64,000 nt of DNA, from positions 1 to 64,000 of the forward strand of contig NW_026782276.1 in assembly GCF_031769215.1 (NCBI RefSeq). The letters are read 5' to 3'. Below, piece after piece: positions 36,288-48,400 of this stretch. Under the pieces are notes generated by a model. It saw nothing but the letters and a program-made list of their open reading frames with translations, had not been told where the DNA came from and searched no databases. The translations under genes were made by a program, and so were the position numbers. Each line of letters begins with the position of its first letter. The first letter of the stretch is position 1. The stretch is from Ylistrum balloti (lineage: Eukaryota).

Positions 36288-38378
36288 TTTGCCGTCAGAT
36301 GACGCAAAGGTATGCTCTGCCTTGCCGGATTGTACAAAGTATACATCCGGGTAAAATCGTTCCTGTATATTTTAAATGCACCCGTATTGAAGCAGTCTAT
36401 GCAGTTAGGTGGACACGTTATTTAAATACAGCTACCCCTTTTCGGTGAGGTGTAATAACGCATTGCTAAATTCTAAGGTCCTTATTTTCTATATACATGT
36501 ATATGTAGAAAGCATTTATCTAAATTCCATTTTAATTATTCTCAGGTATGTCGTTTAAAATAAAACTCAACACCTTTGCACTTCTTTGAGGTAAACTGAG
36601 ACTTTTCTGTCACCGACATTCTAATTTGTAAGACACATGAGCAATATAATCTTTCACGTTCTTTGTAACTCTGTAGGTATTGTCGAACAAAATTGTTTTT
36701 GTAAGTTCGGGACATCAATCTGCCCACATCTGATATTTATCAATGTCTTGTTTACTCTTCTGAAGGCTACGATTGTAACTAAAGTCAACAAGAATTAAAA
36801 AGCATTGACACGGATGTCTGCATCTTTTTGTTTGTTTTTGTTTCTTTGTTTGGTAACACAGGGACGCATTTGAAAAATGTCGCTGCATAATCATAGTAAT
36901 TGTTTTGAGTATATAGTAAATATATAGTGGTGTTATAATACAAATGTGATTTCAACATGACTATTCTTTTTTTATCGTGATTTTTTAAATTTTTTAGTAA
37001 GAATTTTGATGATAAAGTCTTCAAAACCACAAGGGTCAAATGTCCCATGATCACTTTTCTAACAACTACTTGAACATGGGTTATGATACTTGTGTAGTAT
37101 CTTACTGAAGAATTTGAATTTAAACCTTGTTTTAACGAACCAGCAGTTTATGTAAGCTTCAAAACAGAAGACCGATTCAGGCCCATTCGGTCTGTAGATG
37201 TTAATCTTTCTCCCTCAACCGGTTTCATCGAACTTTTCTAACCGCATTTGTCTGTTTAATGCCCCGAAGGATACAGCAACGCAGGTAAAAACAGTCGTCG
37301 AAAATGATGCAGGCACATGTTTTCTAATGCGCACCTGTTTCACCCTCTGCTTCATTCCAGATACCAAACATTCAAGGTGGTATAGAAATCAGGTTCAAGG
37401 CGTATTCTTTTCACTTCTTGGTCATTCATAGTAGAGACGTAGTGATCAGAAACATAAGCGTGCCTTACATACGGAATTTCGTTGATATATATAAGATACT
37501 ACATCACAATTCGGTTCCAATGACTGTAAATGAGTCTCAAACAAACACCCACACATTCGGATCACTTTTGCTTTGTATTACCTCCCTTCAAGAGCATGCA
37601 TTTTTATGACTAGCTCTTCAGCTGATCGTCACTCATCAAAGCTTCTTCGGCCAACGTTTGATCGAATTGGCCTAATTTCCATTCCGCTGACAGAAAACTC
37701 AATCGCACGACCAGAAACGTTATGTGTGGGATTATACAACTGAAATAACCATATTCATAAACCATCACATCTATTTAAAATTTTATATAATTTTGTGGAG
37801 CACCATCAAGGCATAGTAGATATACTATGTATAGAGATGTACACAAGTAATTGTTTTATATAACATTTTTACTCGAAGAGAACATGTTTTTATCTAATTC
37901 TAGAGAAAATAACTAACGAGAGTGAAATGAATATCATATATAACAATCATGTGTGACACGTTTCTACCACGTGTTTCCAGTATATTGTTAGCTCTTTAGT
38001 TCAAAGTTAATTAAGGACGATTAAACATATGAGAACAACTCTTACAAGGACTTCTTTCAATTCACACTAAAATCCAATAGTCCAATATGCGTTAGCATGC
38101 TATTTTATTTCTGAAGTTACAAACATATCTTGTTAACATATCTGTACCACGCAATTAAATACCATTCTTACGAAACCCATTGTCATCTTGAAACATTGTG
38201 ATGTTTGTAGCTGTAAATAGGCAACGTGTCCATTTAACGACATTGACTGCTACAACTCAGGTGTACTTCATATATATACATAACGACCTTACCTGGAGAC
38301 ATACATCGTACGATCTAGAAAGCCAAAACATACCTTAGTGTTTGTTGTATGATCACAACTGCATCACCTGACTGCAAA

Positions 38379-40358
38379 ATGATGGCGATACTAAAACAAC
38401 AAATCCTGACCATTGCATCTGCACGAGTAATACTAAAAATTGAAAGGCAGTAAGTTGATTATTTCACACACGCATGCAACCATTTTATCTATTAATCATT
38501 ACGTTTGAATTTCATTGTCTAATAGATAATACTATGTTTGTTTTAAGTTGTTTTCATTTTTACAGGACACGCGCTTTTTCAAATGTCCACTTCAGGATTC
38601 GTTCAATGAAAGAGCAAGATTTAACGAGAGTTAATCAATTACTTAATGACGAAAAGTGGATTATGGAAAAAGCATACTTAGACTGCGCATTTAAAACTAA
38701 TCCACGGGATTTCGTTGTGGCTGAGACGGTAGACAGAGAAATCATTGGTAAGTTTGAATTTTATCCTGATGACTTTACAAATATGGGAGAAAAATCAGCT
38801 GATCAGTAATTGGAACGCTGGTGAAATGCTAGTCGCTAATTACCGCACAGTTTGAATAATCTTATCTTTATTTTGATTGGATAAGTGTAAGACTAGTAAA
38901 CAAGAGGCTCCGGGTTCGAATCCTAGCGGAGACATTGGAATAATGACCTCAGGAATAGTACTTCGCTTTACCTAAACTAGCATGGCTTTAACCACTGGAA
39001 GCTCGAGGACGAGTCATTTTTTGGCAGAAGGGGTATTAAATCTGAAATAATACTAGCCACTAAATGCTACTCGGCTAGAAAGATGATTTCTTCAGCTCGA
39101 TCGACTGAGCGTTAGATAAGTATACCAAGGGTCATGGATTCGAAACCTAGGTGGCCGGAGTTCAATAAGGCGACAAACCGGTATATACCTTAATGATATC
39201 TTTCGAGCATATAATGTATGCTTTGTAGTAGAAAACTATCTAATTTTGACTTTACTTTAATTTGTGCTTGTTTGGCAATTTTCATCTTTGTATTTGCCTT
39301 TTTTATGATTTGAAGGAAGAATCTACGAAGATATAAATGTCATAATGTTCAATGAACAAGTAAAGATTTTGTCGACGCCGTCTAAATTCTCGGAAGAAAA
39401 GTTTTGAAAATATCAAAATAATTTGCTTCGAAAAATAATAAGGAAATTGGCACTGTCAAGTTCAGATTGAAAATAAATTTAAAACAAAGAGGAAAATATT
39501 CTTTAATTTGGGTAATTGTAATATAAATCTGGTTCTTAAAAATAATCAGCTTTAAGGCAACGCTATGCATTCTTCTATGTATGATATTTTAAAGAGCATT
39601 TAAATACATTGATACAATCCCTTGTGTTATTTACAGGATTTCATGGACTACTTTCCCTCACGGATAAACTCGACGTGTTAGGATTATGGTTTGTCCAGAA
39701 GGAGTACAGATCTTCTGGTGTTGGATGTAAATTTGTCGAGAGAATAAACCAGGTGTCAAACAGAAATTTTGGTACATTTATTTGGCCACACATGCAGGAA
39801 AAGGTTAACATGATAACGAAAAGCAACACGACGCAAGCATACACCACCTGGTACAATAGCGGGCGAATTGAACAACATGTCGATCTAAATCCCTGGCACC
39901 AGCCTGAAGAACAAGTTCTTATCCGTCCCTTAAAACACTCCACATTATCAGCCGTGATACAGTATGACACTCAGATTCACAAAGTTCCACGAAAAGCTTA
40001 CATCATTAATTGGATTTCTAATCCCCAATCAAAGACCTATGTTGCGGTAAAAGATGGCAAACTTTGTGGATATGCAGTTCTGAGGTTCCAGGACACATGT
40101 CTCCAAATCGCTCCACTTTATGCGAACAATGAGTATGTGGCTAACAAATTATTTTCAAAAATTGCAAGTGAAGTCCCTAAGGGTTGCGTTGTTGGTTTTA
40201 CGAGTCCATTAGACAATAATGCAGCAACCAAATTAGCAGCTAGGTATGGAATGATGGGACAGGGAATGCCTCTGTTGATGGTATTCAGACATGATCCGAT
40301 ACATCTTGATATAAAAAAAATATATGCTCTATCTTCTACATCGTTCGGTTTGTGTTAG
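38379..40358 (+). CDS. GNAT copy B, 324 aa. Exons 38379-38449, 38566-38747, 39637-40358.
   Basis: Intact, with the same exon sizes and phases as copy A and canonical splice sites. Motif A reads YRSSGVG. Confidence 0.87.
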
Positions 40359-42393
40359 AAGAAATTTCAGAAACTCTTTGCTTTCTGTCATTATTTGATA
40401 AAAGGAATTGTCAGGCATCGAACTTAAAAATGCGTTTTTTGTTACTGTAAGGATGACAGAGTGCAATAAGTGTCCATGTAATTCCTCTGGAGTGTTATCC
40501 GGTGTTGATGTAAATGCAACATATTTCCTGGTTAGGTCACTGGTCACTATTGACGAAATGGCTCACAGATCGAATCGTTTGAGGTGGGAACTGGCACATT
40601 GTTACCGGTTTTAAGAAACAAGTGCATTTTCGTTTTTTTTTGTAAATAATGTATAGTGTTTTACTGTGCTTCTGCCGATTATGTCATTAATACTTTAATT
40701 TTGTGGAGCGTTACGAATATGAAAATTCAAAGCCAGATCCATATCTAACATGTTATCAAGTTACAAATTTAGCGAGCTCTGAGACAATATGTATATCATG
40801 GTGTTTTGAAATATGTAAAAGTCGTTGTACATCTGTTTCAGCTAATACATCTAAACTCCTTGTAATGTCTTTAAACTCCTTGGTAAATTTTATATGTTGC
40901 CCCTGCCTAACTACCTCTTGAGTTCATATTTTTCTTTTCCCTCTCCAATTTGGTTTCTCTCACCAGAAATTTGGTAAGATTTTTGTAGACTTGACCTAAT
41001 TCTTGTTATGAGTTGCCTAATAAAATAAGATGTTTTTTTTTCTTTAGATGTATCAATCTGGTATTCTTTTCCAAACTGAAAAAAAGATCGGAAACTGATA
41101 TGAAAATACAAAGTAATCTAAAACAGCAATGCTGGAATTGTAGCTCTATTTGAGGAATTTACAATATACTACAAGGGTAAAACAAAAAAGTATGCGATAA
41201 CAAAAACATAAATTCGAGTTAGGTAGACCTCCTTAAGATCTCAAAACAAAGACACCAATATCATACTATTTTTACGTTTTTACAATTCAGGTCATTGTAT
41301 CTCATCGCATTTCCTCAAATGTGAAAACTACACATAAAACTGAGGTTTTTATTTTGGAAATGGAAAAGAAATAGAAATGTAAACTCTAACTCTGAATTCG
41401 ATATTGAGGCCACGAATGCTGTAAATGTTTTACGCCAACGTGCGGTATTTATTTGATATTGAGACAAGAATATTGTGAAAGTATAACAACAAGGTGCGAT
41501 ATTAATGCCATATTAAGACACGAATATTGTAATTGTATAACAACAAGGTGCGATATTAATGTCATATTGAGACCACGAATGTCGTAAATGTATAACACCA
41601 AGGTGCGGTATTAATTCGATACTGAGACACGAATATTGTAAATGTATAACGCCATGGTGGGATATCAATTCGATATTGAGGCTACAAATGTTGTAAATGT
41701 TTAACACCAAGGTATGCATTAATTCAATATAGAGAAAAGATTGTTGTCAATGTATTAAACCGAGGTGTGATATCAATTCGATATTGAAGCCATGAATGTT
41801 GTAAATGTATAACACCAAGGTGTAAGATCATAACAGAATGAAGAATTAACTGCCTTTTCAGGTATATGAAATACGTCTGATATAACGTTTTGTTTTAAAC
41901 ATACATGGTTTGTTTTAGTACGTAAATAATGTAGTGATTTTATGTGGGACAAACATATTATGAATAACGATTGTGTATGAATGTAAATAAAAGGCAAATA
42001 AAAATTATTCAGGGTTCTTAAAGTTTACAAACACATGCATCTGTGTCTTAAATATGAATTCCTCGCCTTTCTTAATACAGATATCATGATTACAATGTAA
42101 AAAAATTTAAAAAGGATTGTTTATCAAATTTCTGAAATCTAGTTCAAGTACACTATGATTATTACAACATGAATGAATAGTGTTAACAAATTCCATTCTT
42201 ATATTGACAGATGACGTTTTATGTTTTAATGTTTACTGATGATGTTACGTACCCAGTTGCGACACATAAACATCCGCCTGAAGAAGCCGAAGAGAACAGA
42301 AATGCCTTGCTAACAGTCTCGTGTTTTTTCCTTACAAAATCATATTCAGTTTACAAACAAACGATAGCATTTGGTTTTTTTTTAAAATATAGC
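39780..42393 (+). repeat. Right outer arm of the GNAT palindrome, inverted match to ~30218-33050
   Basis: Continuous reverse-complement homology of the exon-3 tail, the 3' flank, the minisatellite and the 'gttgcaactgggtacgtaacatcatcag' block. Confidence 0.9.
41395..41830. repeat. Diverged inverted counterpart of the 54-bp minisatellite
   Basis: Recurrent 'attcgatattgag..cacgaat.ttgtaaatgtat' units. Confidence 0.8.
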
Positions 42394-42405
42394 TAGATAA
42401 ATAAA

Positions 42406-42506
42406 GACAGGGAATGCCTCTTTTGATGGTATTCACACATGATCCAATACATCTTGATATCAACAAAATATATGCACTGTCTTCTACATCGTTCGGTTTG
42501 TTATAA
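42406..42506 (+). pseudogene. GNAT remnant D: last ~33 codons plus a 3' UTR-like tail to ~42690
   Basis: QGMPLLMVFTHDPIHLDINKIYALSSTSFGLL*. Confidence 0.85.
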
Positions 42507-43569
42507 GCAATATAAGTAGAAATATCATATAGGAAACTCTTCGCTTTCTGTCATTGATGTAAAAGGAACTGTCCGATATCGAATTCAGACATTTGCATTT
42601 TGTTACTAAAAAATGACAGAGGGCATTTCAGTTAGCATCTATGTATTTCCTGTTGAGTATCATCCGGTGTTGATGCAGGTGCAAAAATGTTTCTTAGGTG
42701 TCAAGGTCAAGGTCACAATTACTATTTGTAGAAGTATTTCAAAAATTTCACTTCATTTTGCATAATCCTCTGAAACGATGAATACTTACTATCATCAAAA
42801 CTGCTCAAACATTGACCTATTTGAGATGGGAGCTGACACATTGGTTCCATTTGCGAGAAACAAGTAAATGTGTGTAAAATTCCTATAATAATTGAATAAT
42901 TTAAAGAACGCTATGGTTCGGTTTGTGACTTTGGGACTGCTTGAAAGTATCCAATATACAGTGGTTTCTTGTCTTTCTGCCTGTTTCTTATCGCTTTTAT
43001 CTAAAACAAACTGATCATTTATGAATTAGGAACGAAAATAACAATAACATATTTTGGTATTGACAATGAACGACTCACCTGAAATTTTACTTTTGACAAA
43101 TGGTATTTAGTCTATTTGATTTGCATGCAGAGATATGATCAAATGATAACTGGAGTTCATCCTTATTGTATACACTGTAAGAACGTTTTAAGTTTCGACG
43201 ATGAAGCAGAAGACGCTCAACATTCCGAAGCACCTTGTCTTTTTCAGTGGTTTTCGTGTAAATCTTTGTTTTGTTCATACGTGCCTTCTGTGGGTATTAT
43301 TTTATCTCCTTTTGTCATTCTCTATTATGACTTATTGATATATCTGTGTTGTTAACATACATCTCATCTTTCATGCATATCATAACAATTGGCAGGTATC
43401 CAGAACTGTCAATACAGTTACAGTTTGAATCATATCACATATGTGATATCAGCTTTTATTCATTTTGCAAACGTTTGCGAAACAATTTTTTTAATACATA
43501 CTAATCGTGCAAGGGGTCTTATTGTGAGAGAAAACCGGATAACCCGTGAAAACCAAAATGGTCGTGCAG

Positions 43570-43655
43570 ATAACCCCTTACTTACGTCCGTAATAGAAAT
43601 CGAACCCCGGATGGTGAGGTGAAAGGGAGTGCGTTACCAAAGCGCCACCCGATCA
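43570..43655 (-). mobile_element. tRNA-derived SINE head; copies at ~45020-45110 and ~52480-52560
   Basis: GGTGGCGCTTTGGTAACGCACTCCCTTTCACC...GGGTTCGATTT...GGACGTAAG. Confidence 0.55.
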
Positions 43656-43789
43656 CCCAACATTTCACATAAGTACATAATGACCTATATATCAGACATT
43701 TTAAGGTCATTAGAAATAGGACATGCTCCTCTTTATATCATCGACCATTTGATCTGTAAGGTGTGTCAAAAACATGTGACCAATATAAT

Positions 43790-44023
43790 CTGTCATGCAA
43801 GTAAATGACATACTTGCGAAACCCAGTATCATATTGAAGCATTGCATGATGTTTGCTGCTACAGCACAGGTGTACTTTATATATATACATAACGATCTTA
43901 CCTGGATATATACTTTGTACGATTTGAAAGTCAAATCATACCTTAGTGTCTGTTGTATATCACAACTGCATCACGTGACGGCAAAATCATGGCAATACTA
44001 ATTAAACAAATCCTGAACATTGC
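43790..44023 (+). pseudogene. GNAT remnant E: promoter plus truncated exon 1
   Basis: MAILIKQILNIA, then a jump into a second copy of the 42990 module. Confidence 0.75.
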
Positions 44024-45479
44024 TTATCGCTTTTATCTAAAACAAGCTGATCAGTTTTGAAATAGGAACGAAGAAAATAATAACTCATTTTTGTCAAGAT
44101 AATAAATGACTCACTTGAAATTTTCCTTTTGACAGATAATATTTAGTCCATATGATTTGTATACAGAGATATGATTAAATGGTTTCTAGAGTTCATCTTA
44201 TTATGCAATGTATGATCATTTTACTTTTAGATGATGAAGCATAAGACGCCCAACATTCCGAAACACCTTGTCTTTTTCAGTGATTTTCGTGTAAATCTTT
44301 GTTTTGTTCATATGCATTTTCAGTTGGTATTCTTTTATCTCCTTTTGTCATATTCTATTATGACTTTTTTCTGCTTGTGTTTGGGTATAGGTTCAAAGTA
44401 TTTTCCCCTGTTACATTAAGCAGAAAATGGGGTTGTACCTATCGACTGCGTTGCAAATCTGCTGAGAATCAGTCACCCGACATTACATTGAGTTTCAGTA
44501 AATATGTTCAATTTGAAATTGTGAAAGAAATAAAGCAACAATACTTACAATACTTAGAGCTGATTATTCTGATCAAAAAGGGTTTGATATCAGCATTTCA
44601 TCATAATAATCTTCATTAAGACTGAAAATGTTCAAAGTAAGGTAAAATGTCAAAAAAATAAAGACTTACACGAAGACTCTCGGAAAATGTACAAGTTTTT
44701 TCGTTGAAACCCGTCAAGTCAATCTCGATCAATATTCAGATACAATATTCTGCTGACACATTGATATCTCTGTCGGATGTCATCAAATTGCAAATTAAAT
44801 TCAAAGATATTCACCTTTTTCTGTTTATTTATCATTTCAATGAGTTTCGAAAACATAACACAAGTTGTGTAATTAATGTAATTTCATCTTTCATGTGTAG
44901 CATAACAATTGTCTATTTGCAGGTATCCTTAACTGTAAATAAAGTTACATCTTGAATATTTAGAAACTGTCACTTAGAGTGACAACAAATATTTCGCATA
45001 GGTGATATCAACATGGTAGGGTAGATGACCTCTTACTTACGTCCATTAAGGGAGTCGAACACCAGGTGGAGAGGTGAAAGGCGAGTGCGTTACCAAAGCA
45101 TCTTCCGACCAACCAACATTTCACATAAGTACATAATGACCTATATATGAGACACTTTTAAGGTCATTAGAAAAAGGCGTGCTCTTTTTTATCATCGCCC
45201 ATTTGATATGTGAGGTGTGTCAAAAAAATGTGAGCAATATAATCTGTCATGAAAGTAAATAATATTCTTACGAAACCCAGTATCATATTAAAACATTGCG
45301 TGATGCTTGTAGCTGTACATAGGCAACGTGTCCATCCAACGACATTGACTGCTACAACACAGGTGCACTTTATATATATACATAACGACCTTACCTGGAT
45401 ATATATTTTGTACGATCTAGAAAGCCAAAACATACCTTAGTGTCTGTTGTATATTACAATTGCATCACCTGACGGCAAA

Positions 45480-48400
45480 ATGATGGCGATACTAAAACAA
45501 CAAATCCTTAACATTGCATCTGCACGAGTAATACGAAAAATTGATTATTTCACACACGCATGCATCCACTTTTTCTATTAATCATTACTTTTGAATTTCT
45601 TTTTCAAATAGATAATACTATGTTTGTTTTAAGTTGTTTTCATTTTTACAGGACACGCGCTTTTTCAAATGTCCACTTCAGGATTCGTTCAATGAAAGAG
45701 CAGGATTTAACGAGAGTTAATCATTTACTTGATGACAAAAAGTGGATTATGGAGAAAGCATACTTAGACTGTGCATTTAAAACTAATCCACGGGATTTCG
45801 ATGTGGCTGAGACGGTAGACAGAGAAATAATTGGTAAGCACTAATTGACCACTATAAATATGAAATAGTTCTTTTGGTTTGCTACATCATTTGGTAATGG
45901 TAATTAATTTTTAATTCAGCAATTTGATTCCAAACTTCGGACTTAGGGACAGAACCCGAAAAGGGAAAAATAATACAATATTTTGCTTCAAAACGCTACT
46001 CCTTTTTTAATGTTTGAATTTGGTTTAAAACAACATTGATGGTGGGAAATTATTTCTTAAATTCAGAAATGTTATTCGAACCCTAGGGACTTGGGGATGG
46101 GGCCCAAAAATGGGAAAATTGTCAAAATATTGCTTCAAAACACTACTACTCCTTTTTAATTCTTGAATGGATTTCAACAAAATTAATTTTGAAACGTCAT
46201 CGAGCAAGTTTTTTTTTCTCAATGCAGAAATTTGATTCGACCTCTAGGGATGGGTCCCAAAAGCGGAAATTATTCAATATTTTGCTTCAAAACACCACCT
46301 CTTTTTAATGATTGCATTGATTCAAACAAATTTGGCCCGAAACAGCATTGAGAGTAGAGAAGGATTTCTGATCTTCAGAAAGAAGTTTTAACCTGTAAGG
46401 AAGCTAGTCGATATTTTTCTTCAAAATGCTGCTCTTTCTTAATTTTGGAATGGTTTTCTACCTAATTCAGACACAAACATCACTAGGAATGGGAGATCAT
46501 TTCTTAAATTCCGAAAGTTGATTCGACTCCTGGTAAATAGGAATGACCTTGATTTGCTTGAAAGGTCACAGGGATCAAATATGTTAAAATCTTTAAATGA
46601 CTTCTCAACAACCAAAACGCAATGAATGATCCTAGACCTGTAGCCTGCTAGGATGAAAGGTTACCAACTTTGTTAATATGAATGACATTAACCCTCTTTC
46701 AAGGTCACGGGTATGCAATGTATCAAAATGACTTCTTCTCAGTAACTAATAGATAAAGGGTCTCAATATTGGGTCTATAGCATGTTTTTCAACATGCAAT
46801 ACGTCCGGAGTAATGGCAATTAAGTAGTGCATGTATAAAGAATATGATTGCATAACATGTCTCGATGAACAAACAATGTCTTCTATGTAAGCTGTAGAGT
46901 AATTGAGCAATTTCTTTTAGGCCTTTTCTGCCTCTTTCATAAATAGGTTTTTATAGACAGATGACTGTTAAGGCCCATGGGCCTGTTGTTAGCAAATATG
47001 TCAAAGAAAAAAAATAAATGAAGCCGTGCTCCTGAATTCATCAAAGACAAGTCATGCCTGATTTTTTTAGGTATATATGATCTATTTCTAAAAAGCTTGG
47101 AATAATCAGTTTCAAAAGCATTGCACAACACTAATCTATCTTCAAAATTGGTAAAGAACACAAGTTGTATTGATAAAATCGCTTGTATTGTTTCCAGGAT
47201 TTCGTTGTCCCTTTTGCCTCACGGGTAATCTAGTATTAGGATTATGGCTTGTCCATAGCAAAATAGTATTCGCACGTTACCGCTAAGTTAGAAAGACTTT
47301 CAGCTTGATAGTTTGAGCGTTAAAGTAGAAAACCAGATGTTCCAGGTTCGAATCCTAGCGTAGCCGTTGTAATTATGACCTCTAGAATGAAACATATACG
47401 CAGCGCTACTTTCACTAACATCGCTGTAGTCCTACCTCGAAGACGAGTTACTTCCTGGAGGAGGAGTATGTAGCACTGGTAAAATACTAACCGGAAAATG
47501 CCGCTCTGTTAGAAAGATACTATTTATAGATTTAGACAAGTTAATCAAGTGCCACGTGTTCGAATCCTAGTGGAGGCACTGAAATAAATAATGACGTCTT
47601 TTAAAGTTAGATAATCACAAGTTGGTGTTCAATTTTTTTTTATATTATTATTTCTTATTTCTGCCGTAAATCTACAAGTGACCAACCTAAATATTCACGG
47701 CTTAATTAGGGAATACTCGAAGTGGTATTCTTATATGTTTAAAAAATAAATAAACCCTATCCCACACTTATTTAAAAGTCATTTCGGAATGTATGTCAAC
47801 CACGTAAGAATCGCACATGTGTGCGATAAAACCGCACAACGCGCTCACGAATGTGCGACAACTCATTTCGTCCAATTTCCCTATCGTGCGCACATCGGAT
47901 CGTGTAACGTTGTGCAGTCCCTCATCTGTAAATTGGAATATACATGTCAGTAGATATGGATGTCATGACCTCATATGTATAAAAACACATGCCATATGTC
48001 AAATTTCAATCTGTAACCCACATGTTGTTTCTCGAAATCTGTTTCTTTTGTACTTCAATGCATCCTTAATATATCACAGATTTAATCAGTGAATACAGAT
48101 CAAAGCTTTGAAGAGAAAATGAAAGTCTCCTAATACAAGAAAATACCTATAAGTCAACATCATCATAATCCAAATTCAAATTCAAATAAAAGTGAGGAAA
48201 ATATAGATTAAAGAAAAATTACACGGAAACTACTGAAAACGTACAAAGAGAATATGACCAAGTGTTCCGGAGGAGAAAGCGATATGTAAATCTAACTCAA
48301 TCCAAATAAGTCAATTGACTCACTCCAATCCTCTTTTGGATTTTCTAGACAGAAAATGCGCCTAAAATGGTGATAGTTGTCTTACCATATCTCCTTCTGG

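Noticed and set aside
32470-40358. Bacterial contamination as the source of the GNAT genes
   Set aside because: The genes have spliceosomal introns with conserved phases and are embedded among animal repeats.
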